Source: Anthoceros angustus
Lineage: Eukaryota; Plantae; Anthocerotophyta
Direction: 5' to 3'
Assembly: GCA_010909165.1 (NCBI GenBank)
Contig: VJWM01000019.1
Location: 806,001-870,000, forward strand
Length of the DNA stretch: 64,000 nucleotides
In this document: piece after piece, positions 48,001 to 60,800 of the stretch
Layout: each line of letters starts with the position of its first letter
Numbering within the stretch: the stretch's first letter is position 1
The notes under the pieces: model-generated
The model's database searches: none
What the model saw: only the letters and a program-made list of their open reading frames with translations
What the model was told of the DNA's origin: nothing
Program-made: the position numbers and the translations under genes

Positions 48001-51000
48001 TTTGTAAACACAAGTTTTAGAAGAAGAGACGATGTAGTCATGATGTATTCTTTTACGTGATCATTCATCGCAAGATATTGTACAAGATATGAATGCTCCT
48101 AGCGATGGTAACAACACCATAGAAAGACATAGGAAGATACTGATTTGGTTGTTGCTAGAGGTATGTTTCCTCGCACTCATTGTTGTAATCAAGGAGTTTT
48201 GGCAAGAGTTCAAGGAGTATTGGACACCCACTTCATCTTAAGTGTCTTGAAATTCTTCCTATGGAAGCCTCTACTTCCAAACATGTCAACAAGGCGGGCT
48301 ACCTCTACTTTAAACTCGCAATCCTTCCCCTGCTTGTCAACAATGTTCAGCCTTTGCTTCCTCCAATTTAGAATCACACAATGCTAACAATTCTTCATGT
48401 GTCCATGGAGTGGTCGCTTCACTTAACGCGGTGCTGAGTCTTTTGCTTGAGCTATGCGACTGGCCTCAAGCCATGGCCGAATGTGCGAAATGGAGATGTG
48501 GAGGAAAACAAGAGAAAAGCGGAGAGAAGGGGAGGAAACGAATGAGATAGAAAGTAAAGGGTATTTGGTAAACAAAAAGTAAAGTAGTAAGAAGTAAAAA
48601 TATATTCACTATTTTACCTCACTGCAGTGAAATAATGGAGGATTTGTAGATAGTTTAGTTCACAAATCAGTTCAATCTAAACTAAAATACACCTCGACAT
48701 CAGCCAACTACATGCTATATCGGATTGTGTCTGTGTTCTAGTTCATGTAGTTCAAATGCGCGATAGTTTAGTTCACTAATTAGCTCGATCTAAACTAAAC
48801 TACACCTCGCCACATCAACGAACTACATGCCACATCGGATTGTGTCTGTGTTCATGTAGTTCAAATCCGCCATGTGGCAAACTAGGAGCTGAAATGCAAT
48901 TCAATTACATTTGAATGGCAAGTGCGGAGAGGTCTTTAAAAAGCGTAGCATCGCATTGCACCCAATATTTTGAAACTCACACAAACACTAAATATTACTA
49001 TTCTATGAAATAATGATGAATATTACTACTCTAAGAAGCTTATAGAAATAGTAATTTCCTCATTGGATTGTTTTGTGGTATAAATAAAAGCCTAGTTGTA
49101 CTGAAACATAATATATGAAGACACGAAACCGGGCAAAATTCTCTATCCGCTTGAACTTTTTATAGATTTAAAGTCGTGAACTTCTCATCAACTTAGAAAT
49201 TAGGTCAAAGGGACTTCTTTGTAGGCTAAAACATCAAACTTAGGGAATTTCTCTATCGGCTCATAAATTTGACATATTTTCTATCTCAGATGAGAGATCA
49301 TTCCACGTCATGTGGAAAACTTCTCTATTGGTTTAGAAATTGGGCGACGCTCTCTCTCTATCGATCGAGGAGATTGATGCACGACATGTGGAACATAGGG
49401 TGAGACCACATCCGCATCGTTGGATAGAATATTATGAATTGATTTTTAAATCGGAATTTACAAATATTAGCACATTCGACTTATTCAATTATGTTTGACT
49501 TATAAATGTTATACACATACAATATGATTTTGTGACTTGGTTTGAATTTATATTTTGATTGATATTAAACCAAGGAACCATCATCAATTATCACTAATAT
49601 ATATAAAAGAGTCTCCGACACGCCCATTTTGCATCGTAAATTTAGGTGTTTTGAGTAAAGCGGATAAGATGCCTAAAAGAAAGAGAATCATGAAAGATTC
49701 AAGCTCAACATCTAATTTGAACCCCCTATAGGGCACACATGCGGGCAATATAAAAATGCAAAAGCGGTCACCAATATTCAAGAAGATAAAACACCGAACA
49801 CCGTGTATGTAATGAATGCGGCTTGATATTAGAGAACCGTTACATCGACACCACAAGAAACTAAGGGCATCCGCCAATGATAACTTTTTTCCCTCACAAA
49901 GTCCTAGACATAGTTAATGAATATATTGAAGAAGCCAAAAGATTGGATTTGAAAACAAACATCCAAGATTTGGCATTGCCTTTTTTCAAAAGCTGGTGGA
50001 TTTGGAAAAGGGAAATTTTCAAGAGCTGGTATGCGCTTTGGGTTGCTAGCAAATGGAAAGAACTCCCAAACGCTGAGATTAGTTATGCTACGAGAAGTAT
50101 GGGTATCGAAAAAGAGGTTGTTGAACGGTTGGGAAAGAACTTGAACGATTCTTCCTATTAGAGGCTAATAGACATATTAATGCAGCTGCTGAAAAATTGG
50201 AATTGAGTTCCCTCTCCAAGACTTGGCATTGCATTTTTTAGGAGATTGGTCGATTTGAAAAGGGAACTTTGCTAGAGGGTGCAAGCGGCTTTGTAATCGT
50301 AGCAAAGATGGAAAGGATTTCAAAGACTGGAAATTAGGCATGGTACTTGTGTAGGAATACATGAGGAGGTTATTTTACGGTTGGCAAATGACTTGGAACA
50401 ATTCTTACGTGAGAAAGATGCAAAGTTGAAGGCTGAGAAAGATCGAGAGGCAGCTGAAAAAAGTCCTAGATATGGCTTGGAAACATATCAAGGCAGCTGG
50501 TGAAAAGATGCAATTGAGGCCCACTTGTCCAAGATTATCGTTCTATTGTTTCCAGAGATCCATGGATTTGAAATTTAAGAGAGAAATAAATTTTGAAGAG
50601 CCACAAAGATAGCTCACGTAGCTAGTAACTGAGAGGGACTCATCGTCGTTGGGACACAATTAATTACTATGTAAGTCCAGGAATCAAATAATACAGCTTG
50701 GTAAACAACAATCAATTCTTCTAGATATAGAATATCAAAATTCAACATGTATTAAGTAGATAATGAGTTCGCTTGTACTGTATCCATTGCCCTCTAGTGG
50801 GCACTCACTCGAGCGATCCTTCACAAGGCAACACTAGCGGTGATGCATCTTCCTCTTCACCAAGAGTATGCAAGTCGTTTATTTTTCCGATATAAAATTG
50901 TTGTGCAGGGTGACTTACGTAGGGGAGAGTCGCTCCTTTTTTCGTGAAAATAAGGGTTTCCTTTGTTGTTCTTTGCTAGATGGGCTTCCCTCATTTTTTC

Positions 51001-53384
51001 TCTCAATAAAGTTTTATGGTACCTGTGAGATATGGTGCAAGCATGGTTTGGTGCTCACATTAGTGAGAAAGCAGATAAACATTGTTATTTTGTCCTCATG
51101 TAACGTTAATAATTTCAACTAATTTATTTCTTCTCTAAATTGTCTGATTTTTTTTACAAGATATACAAATATATCACTTCTACATAAAATTAAAATACTC
51201 ATAAAAATATTCAAAATGAAAGTCTAAATTTAGAGACTACTTGGGACGGGCATTGTCTCACTCAACGGGCACTTGTCACACTATATTTACGAAGTGGGCC
51301 CGAGAACAGGCAGGTAGGCGGGCACTCAGGCCCTTACCTAAATCATTTTGTAGCATGTTTACGAGATGAGCAAACAGATCGTCGGCGTTTAACTCAACAA
51401 ATTTTGAGTTGTCACGCTACTGCCGCACTCGATTTAGGGTTGTCATCGATCTCTTCTCGGAGAAGAGGTCACGCCACACCATCACAACTGCGAGGAAGAT
51501 CTCGACTCATCGGCAGAGTAGAAAAACATAATATTTGAAGCGGCTGAATATACATGAAGCGGCTGCAGGGGTCTATATACGTGGATCCGGGTTTAAGATG
51601 GTTATCAAAACGGCATGTTTGGGATTAGGCGAAAGCGTAAAATAAGGGTGAACATCACCGTCAGTTGTGCCAACTACGCCTGAAAAACGCGGTGCTCTCC
51701 GGCTTATCATGCGCCACGAGAAAAGTACCCATGTTCTCTCCCCTCATTGCGGGAAAAAAGCTGGTCGTTCGAGTTTCCGGTGGCTTGTGTTGCAATCATT
51801 GTGGCCAAGAACAGGAAATCACTGCATTTAAAATCACATGGAGACACATGGAGACAACTATGGTATGGGTTTTGTAGAGGTTGTCATATCACCAAAATGG
51901 CGCGGCGATTGTTGGGTGTATGGCGCCGCAGATGCGCGCCTTTTGCCGTGGCTCTGACAAGCATGAAGCGGATGTGTCTCTGTTATACGATGGCGGAAAC
52001 GAACACGATGGGAGCATATGGCGCCTAGAGGGTGGAAAGTGGAGCACAAGCGCCCATGTCCGCCGTCACGGTTCGCTATAACGGCAAATGTTATGACTAG
52101 TGCAATTGTGTAATCATGAAATGTATTGCGCTAGTACATGCCAAAACATGGTAGACGCTACAAGGTGACATTTAAGATGTACTCATCGGCATGGTGGTCT
52201 GCATGTCTTAAAAACAATGTATGACAAGAACATGAAACTTATGCCGACAACTCGTGTCCGACTTTCAAACCCTATGCCATGAAGAGAAATTAGGGATAAA
52301 CATAAGGTTCCCTTGTTATTTGTTGCTTAGCACATGTCATTACTCTTACGAATCGAGACCCTCGTCCCGTCCACACAGGCCTCATCTCCATCTTCATCAC
52401 TCTCCATTGCCTCATCCAAGTGTTTGGTTGAATGTGAGGACGAGCGCACTCAACTTTTCCTTTATAGCTTTCTCCGCTGCATGATGTTTCGAAGTGAGTG
52501 AAACCCGTAGTATATAATAATGGTTTTTCGACAAAACCTTTTGGATGTTGGGGCCCTTTGCACTTTCCCCGACCTTTTTGGCGGTGGTCCATTGTCTTTC
52601 CTTTGAAAAATTCTCCAACATACTTGCCTCATAAGCATCCGTGTGCTCGATTCGCCACTGCACAAGCAACACGGTGGGCCCCAAGGTGCACACTTACAAC
52701 CTTCGCTACCAACGCCCTATTGTGTGTGTCACAATAAACATTCCTTTCTAGATCTCCATAATATCGCCATCCATCCTTCTTGCCACCTCTTCTTGGCGTT
52801 CAATAGTTTGGTAGGCCCCTAGATACATGTCCTGTGTGGTCACGCAAAGAGCCTCCAAGACTTCTTCCGGTATGTGCAAAGGGGACTCGGGCTCACAGCC
52901 CTATCGTACCATCTCCGTGGGTTTTGTAGAGGTTGTCATATCGGTGAAATGTATGCTGGCGATTGTTGGGTGTGGCATGGCGGCATCTGCGGCGTCTTTG
53001 AGGGCTCTGACGATGAAGCAGCGGATATGTATACGTATTATCTGATGGCGGAAACGAACACGATGGGAGCATATGGCGTCTAGAGGGTGGAAAGTGGAGC
53101 ACAAGCGATCCATGTCCGTCACCATTCTTATCTATAACGGCAAATGTTATGACTAGTGCAATTGTGTAATCATGAAATGTATTGCGCGTGTATTCGATGC
53201 CAAAACATGGTAGGCGCTACAAGGTGACATTTAAGATGTACTCATCGGCATGGTGGTCTGCATGTCTTAAAAACAATGTATGACAAGAACATGAAACTTA
53301 TGCACAACTCGGTGTCCGACTTTCAAACCCTATGCCATGAAGAGAAATTAGGGATAAACATAAGGTTCCCTTGTTATTTATTGC

Positions 53385-56300
53385 TTAGCACATGTCATTA
53401 CTCTTACGAATCGAGACCCTCGTCCCGTCCACCTCATCTCCATCTTCATCACTCTCCATTGCCTCATCCAAGTGTTTGGTTGAATGTGAGGACGGCGCAC
53501 TCAACTTTTCCTTTATAGCTTTCTTATCTGCTGTGATGTTTCGAAGTGAGTGAAACCCGTAGTATATAATAATGGTTTTTCGCACAAAACCTTTTGGATG
53601 TTGGGGCCCTTTGCACTTTCCGACCTTTTTGGCGGGTGGTCCATTGTCTTTATCCTTTGAAAAATTCTCCAACATACTTGCCTCATAAGCATCCGTGTGC
53701 TGGCACCGTGCACAAGCAAAACGGTTCGATGGCCCCAAGGTGCACACTTACAACCTTCGCTACCAGGCTATGTGTGTGTGTCACAATAAACATTCCTTTC
53801 TGTATCTCCATAATATCGCCATCCATCCTTCTTGCCACCTCTTCTTGGCGTTCAATAGTTTGGTAGGCCCCTAGATACATGTCCCTGTGGTATGTCACGC
53901 AAAGAGCCTCGTCGATCTGACTTCTTCCGGTATGTGCAAAGGGGGATCGGGCTTGACGCCCTATTACCATCTCCGGGGTTTTGCAGAACAAGCCCAATGT
54001 TATGATCCACAATATTTGCGATTTCGTGTTGATCATTCCAGAAATCCATCCACCATTCTTCCTCCACAGTAGTCAAATATGTTGGTAGCTTCACCAGTCC
54101 TTTTTTCAAGTGATCCACGCCTTCACGTGCGGTCAAACCCCCATCACTAGCTTTCTTGTCCTTCGCCCGCAATGCCATCAAAGGAGCGGGCCCGATGACG
54201 GTGTCTGGAACAAAAATCAAGTCGAGCCCATCTTGATTCCCACAAGGGGAAGTGGAGTATTGCTTACGAATAACGGTAACCTTTCCCGCCCAACTTTGTC
54301 CTCGCGGTGATTTTGAACTGGTGCTGAAATGAAAGGTTGTTCAACTTCAACCGCAGTGATATACTTCCCCCGCTCACTAACGTAATGGCCATACGTATGT
54401 CCGGAAGTCAGCCACCGTCAACACTTTCACCTGGATTCGGCGTGAACGAGGACTTCAATATGTCCTCCATAGTTGGCAATGTCCGCCTCCTTATGTTTTA
54501 AATGCTTAGAAAACATGAAAACATTTGATCCACTTGGTCGTGCGTATGCCCCACGAGGAGGAATCCAACCTTCACCTTCTCGAACGTCCCGAGTTCAACG
54601 AGCATGTTCAAGCACGCAAAATAGAAGCTGGTTCTTGTTCTCTCGGCATGTATTGTCCAGCTGCAGGTATAAGACTTTGGGAAGTATCCCTTCATACGTG
54701 TGTATAACGTCCTGGATAATAGTTATTGTTAAATTTGCATCATTCCTGAGATTGGCATAATGCAGATACGCCCGCGCTCTGAACGTGTAATTATGTATCA
54801 TGCATCCAACAACATGCACTGTGATCCGACTATCCTCCTTCAAGTCCTTTGGCCACCGCAAAATATGCGGCAGAAGTTTTTTCGTCCATGCCGATAGATA
54901 ACAACATATATTTCTGCGGCTCCTTGTAATGACGATGTCTTAACTTCTTCCGTTCCTCCATCAATCGTATCCGATGCTTGTTGAGTGCCTCTTGATACAT
55001 AGTCGTATGTCATGGAACACCATTGTCGACTTGTGGGCACGAAATTCAATAACTTTGCATACAGAGCTATTTGGGAAGATCGAGTGTCGTGCATTGAAAC
55101 CGAGATCGAAACTAGGACATACGATATTGCTGCCTATTATTCCACCCAAATGCATAGTGAGCATAACTGACAGCCTCTGCAGAAGTTAATGTTACGGCAA
55201 GAACCCAACCCATGCATTTCGACTAGAGGCCGCCAACATGCCCCTCCATGGAGTGAACCTTATAAGTAGCTTGGAGGGCGCGGCATGCTGCACACCGGTG
55301 CAAAGAGGCGGCGCAAGCTTCCTCATCAGCACAACAAAGCACCCGTAGTTCACCGCGCTTTAGGGCCTTGGGCGCCGCCATGCCCTATCGTGCACTCCAC
55401 ATTTGGGGCGCGGCATGCGCGCCTCGAGGAGTGCATGGCGCCGCCATGGCCGCCTCTCCGACAACGCCGCCTCATTCGCCATTCGGTGCAAGGCCATCCG
55501 AGCCCTCCACGGCAAAAACGGGCGCCGCACGACATCCCTTTGTCACTTGGAGGGCGCCGCCATGCGAGTACCCTTCACCACAGACAATATGGTGCCGCCA
55601 TGCCGGCTCCTTTTTCTGTGCGGTGGAGGGCTCCGGCACTGCGCCGTACAAAGCAACGTGTCGGGCGCCGGCACGGCGACTCCTGAGACATCACCGCCGC
55701 CGCACCGGCAGTACCCGCAGTGGCCCGTACATCCGCTGCTAACTCCCTCCATTACTCCACATGCTTTTATGCCATGCATACAGACAGACCGCAATAGCTG
55801 GGGAGGAGGCCTACCTTGGTCAACTCCGATCGGTGTCGTATGTTGAACTTCAGCCCGATATGGAACAAGTCGAGAACTGTTTGACTTGGGTATCTTCACC
55901 CGCTTGAAATTGACCCACACCGCAAGAAATATGCATACGACACAAAAGCGCTCACCTTTTGACTCCATTCCACTCTGATTGTATCCAAACCTCATGCTTC
56001 GTGAAAGTGTCGTAGATTGTATACCTCCACATTCGGCGTCGCTCGGCCAAGTGAAGGAAAGTCGCATCCATCCGTGCAATTGCAGCCAAAGCATGGGAGG
56101 ATTGTACACGAGGGCTGGCCTTATTAGCGTCCCATGGTGCGTTGAATAACCCTCCGCTTCAACTCCTCGTACCTTGCGGACCTATGATATACGCCGTCAA
56201 GGCTTTCAAACAACATTGCATAGGAATCGACCCATGAGGTGAGTGAAAACCTGTCCCTTGTTGTGGCCTCGCAAATGGCATTGAAATGTCTCTTGTCCGC

Positions 56301-56989
56301 CCATTCTCGAAACGCATCTGCTCATGAAAAGCTTCTTTTGTGAACTTGCGGATGCACAATTTGTTGCAACAAGGCTTTGAAATCCTCTCCCACGGAATCG
56401 CCTTCACTTTTCCTCAAAGACACCACCGCGCTCGCACACGGAAGCCCACATCGCTAATGAAAGGTACCAAAGGCTTGGATGGAAAGTGACGGCAGATCGG
56501 CCCGTCCAAACTTCTCAATGGGGTGTCGAAGACATTGTCCTCATCTGCATTAGGCGTCCCGCATCTTTGGAAATAGTAGTGAACAATCCCGCACTCGCCC
56601 ACCGCACCGACACCAACTTTCCTCCTTCCAGACGGGCTTCTATCTATGGCGAGTAGAGGTTCGTGTTCGAAGTCGGGGAACATAGCTGGGCACGAGGCGT
56701 GAGTGAGTTCTTCTCCACCCCGGACCCGCAACACGCATCCCGGGATCGAGCCACTAACACAAACCTATGCCAATGAGTATGACGGGCGAAGACGAGCCGA
56801 CGACTCAGCGGCCAAAGAATACATACTTTGTGGCGAGAGTGGCAAGGACTTTGCATTTGCTCGGCGAGACGGAGGGCCAGCGCGCTTGCCTTCACTCTTA
56901 CGGGATCGTGTACTCTTGAACTGAAACATCTTGATTTTGCCCGAAATCTTCGTCCGCTTCTTGCAGACATCTACATTTGTCAATGACAT
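53385..56989 (-). pseudogene. DDD/E-type DNA transposase (copy 2)
   Basis: LYLQLDNTCRENKNQLLF, VELGTFEKVKVGFLLVGHTHDQVDQMFS and CCNKLCIRKF; 3' tail duplicated at approx 52290-52910. Confidence 0.75.
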
Positions 56990-57821
56990 AGCAATCGTTG
57001 GTATCGGTCAAGGAATGAAAGGGCACATAACACGAAACCCACATCGCGTCTTGAGTGTGTGAACTGGAGCATTGTGTTGGACTCGTAGCTCAAGGTTACG
57101 ACGGCTACCGCGACAAGTGTGATAAAAGGTGGTGGTGTGTGGTACATGACTTGACCGCAGAGGGTGGGAAGCCGTGGAGAGACAAATCACTTGATTGCCA
57201 AATCCTAAATAGATTTCAAGTAATGGAGGGGCGGTGCTATTATGCTACTATGCCAGCATATGCCTACCATAGATTAAAATGAATGGCGAGCCATCAATAG
57301 CGGCTGGAAAAAGGGTATCCGAACGTTATGAAAACGCTTTACTTACCCAATTGCATATTGGGCTTGCCCGCATGCGTAGATAAACAAACACGTAGTTCAA
57401 CACTACCTTGCAATGATGCAATCGACGCGAAGGACATCGCGAACGCGGGTGTGGAACGTATGTTGGGTATGGGTTAAAAGAACATCAAAACAGATATATT
57501 CCGTCCTTGTTCCTCCATACATAGTCGATAAGGACAATAACTCGGACCTCGTTACGTTGTGGACGCGAAATTAGGGTTTCTGACTCCTTATAAACCCGAA
57601 CGAATTGAGTCCTTCTACACGTCAGCCGCAAACGGCGAACGCGAGCTCTTCCAACGCGGAGCTCGATTCAAGCGAGGCGCGTGGTTTTCCCAACAAGTCA
57701 CCCTCGCCACCCAGCTCTCCATCCTTTCGGAGGACGACAGTGAGAAATTCCTTGTCGAAATAGAATTGGTGCTTGCCTAATCCGGATTGAGCGTGTTTGA
57801 TGCCTATCTGGTGCTACAGAC

Positions 57822-60800
57822 GGCGAGCGGACGCTGAGAAGAAGGACCTCCCGGCGTGTGGCCTAACCACGGAGACTTGTTGGAGAAGCCGGAGGCGAAG
57901 AAATCTAAAAGCAAGAAGGAGGCAAATCGAGAACCAGATCCTCCACGCCAGACACTACCGCCTCGGCTGGACATGCTTTCCAACCATTGAGCAAGGTGGA
58001 GGTGGAACGGAAGCATAAAGTCTCACTCAATTCAACAAGGCAAGCACCACAAAGACGTTGGTGGTGGAGAGAAGTCCGCTTGTCCAAAGGATTGAGGGTG
58101 GGAAATCCAGATCAATTCCCTCCCATACTCGTATGAGGAGACTGTGCGGAGGCACATGAACCATTTGAGGACACTATGCTTCCAGCAGAATGGTTGTTGA
58201 CACAAAGAGGAGATGAAGAAACTGCTATGGACGCCGGCGTCAAGCTTTGGGTTTTGGGTTCAACGGTGCACCGCAAACCGAGAGGCGGGATGGGTCCTGT
58301 GGGCAACTTTGGATGGAGGGCAGCGAGACCCGTAATCATGGATTCTTTGCACTTCAAGGCCTTATGAAGTGGACGCATTGCCGATCCGATGATTACACTG
58401 TATCTCAAAAAGTGGCATGTTTGCACAGGAAGAAATGTGAGCCAAAGGAGTTGTCCAGCACTTTTCGAGCGCGGAGCTGAGAATGTGAGTACACTTCTTA
58501 ATTCCGCATTCGCCACACGTTGATTGCATTGATGCCTAACTGTGCTTGCACCGTGATGTGAGTGAGAGAACATTTTATGTGTGCTTGTGTGAGGTGATTA
58601 CGAGCTCCATTATCCGTCATCGAGAGAGATGTCACCGAGGAGGACAAGACAGGGACTTCAAACGACCGGAAGTAGAAGACAATGAGGCGAGTTCGGACCT
58701 TCCGATGAGGAGGATGGGCCTATTCCGAGTTCTGGTCATTCGGGATGCGGAGGCATTTGAAGAGGATGATGGGGAGGCCGAGGGTGATGGAGGGAGGTTT
58801 CGCTGGGGCCACGATTCCTTCCAAGGTCGCCGCCATCCAAGCACCATGGGAGGAGTCCCTGCTACATGGAAGAGGGGAGGCGAGGGGACGCGATGCCGGC
58901 GCCTCGACTATGGTGAGGAGGAGGGCGCGCCCTGTGCGGATGAGGAGGGGCGCGCCGCTCTGACGGAAGAGGGGCGCCGGCATGCCTCCGCCGAGGAGGA
59001 AGAGGGGGCGCCGCCCCGGTTTGAGCGGAGGGGCGCCGCCGCCCTCCCGAGGAGGAGGGCGCTGCCGCCCTGTGCAGAGAGGAGGCGCCATGCGCCGCCC
59101 GACGCGAGTGGAGGAGGTAGGCGCAGATGCGCCTCAGAAACCTGTGGCTTGCTGAGGAAGGCTGGGGCCATGAGAAGCGGAAAAGCATGCATGATGAGGA
59201 AGGTGGTAGCAGTCCCGAGTGCGGAACGCTCGATAGGAACGAGCAGAAAAAGTTCAAGCGCCCCAAGGGAAATCGATAACAATGAGATTCCAACATTGCA
59301 TGTCTCAACAGATGGAGAAAGACCGAAGCGTCTATGATGCATGAGGATTATTTTAAGTGAGTCGCATATGCGAAGAAGGTGGTGCGTAAAGACTAAAGTC
59401 GAGAATTTGAGGGCGTTTCTAACCCGGATGCTCGTTCCAAGTGGATGAGGCTTGGGCGAACTACCGCTCGCCATCTCAAGGGTCGTATTGAAGAAGGTGT
59501 GCTGCCTTTGCTTTGTATGATTGACCCATCCGATGCAGGATATCAAAACATTAGACCGGAAAAAGTTCCGCAAAGAAGTATATTATGGGGTACTGGAGGC
59601 AATCATACTTACGCCGCCATGAAGCGCCTTGCGATATATCACCGTGGAAGGCAAGGTTCCAATGGATGGAGGCCCATGTCTATTGGGCTAACTCTACAGA
59701 GATGCGAGTTCGCAACCCACACAACACAATGTCGGACAAGAGGAAAAAGATGAACTTTATCGAGCGAGATACCTGTGGATGAACTTGATTGCAAAGCGGG
59801 ATGGTGTGACAATGAGCATGAACTGGAAGTTCAATTTATACAAGGTGCTTAATGATAGAGGATGACGAAGGTCGGGAAGATGAGCAATACAAGCAAAACA
59901 AAGTGGACAACCGGACACATATACTATGCATAGCAAACTGGAGGGAAAGGTGTGGGAAAACGTGATGATCTTCACCAAGTGGGAGGCGATGGAACTTCCC
60001 GAAAGGTGCCAAACAGCAGTACTAGCAAGAAGAGCAAGGGCAAACGCAGTTGGAGAAGAGGTGAAGACTGGAAAGCGTTTTGTTAAGCCCAAAGAGATGC
60101 AAGGAAACCATGGCAGCTTTCCAAGGAATTCCACCGAGAGACGGTCGAAAATGCTGATTAGTGTGGAAAAGGTTTTGACAGTTTAGGACTCGAATGGTAT
60201 GTCCAAGGAGGTGATATCGGAAGAAACTTCATGTCATCCAAGTGGCGATGGCGAAACACTTAGGATGTGACTCTTCGAGATGGTTAGCGAATACCCAATG
60301 CACTCTTCGGATGATGTTATTGCACGTTTCAAACAGCGTTCGATGGAAAGGTACGTGTCATTTGTTTTAAGACTCATTGAGTAGACGCCGCGCCGCCTCT
60401 CCCACCATTTCCTTCGTTGGTTGTAACAGTAGGGAAGCATGCCGCGCCGCCCACTACCTATTGTCACTTAATCGGTTTTCGATCGACCACGGTGACGCGG
60501 CACAAGTGAAAGATGTGCGGATTTGAAAAACTACGAGGACTTCCGTGCTTTCACCGGAAGTGCACACATGGAAGGGTCCGGAGAACGAACAAAGGACCCT
60601 AGCGACATGGACATGGAAGAAGGCTGCTGCTCACTGCTCCAACCACGAGTGTATCGTGAAATACCAAGTGGTAGCGAGAGATGTGTTGGACATCCGAGGG
60701 TTTTACTAAGAGGAATTACACTTTATTGGTTATGGATGTGCCTGGGATTCAACAAGGAAAGCATGATGTAAAGATGGACCAAACACGATGGGCATGTTTC

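Larger units (their letters stand above)
27528..59828. repeat. Large tandem duplication: approx 27528-45065 repeated as approx 45064-59828
   Basis: The junction at 45064 fuses ...CATGAACTGGAA (matching 59828) to TTTCTCATAAACTTAAG (matching 27530). All features recur in the same order, and the copies differ mainly by small indels. Confidence 0.9.

Noticed and set aside
59830-60650. MULE or hAT transposase in the ParB-MTase linker
   Set aside because: No convincing DDE or SWIM motifs; the apparent RCACG at approx 61190 is explained as the frameshifted SAM-binding motif.
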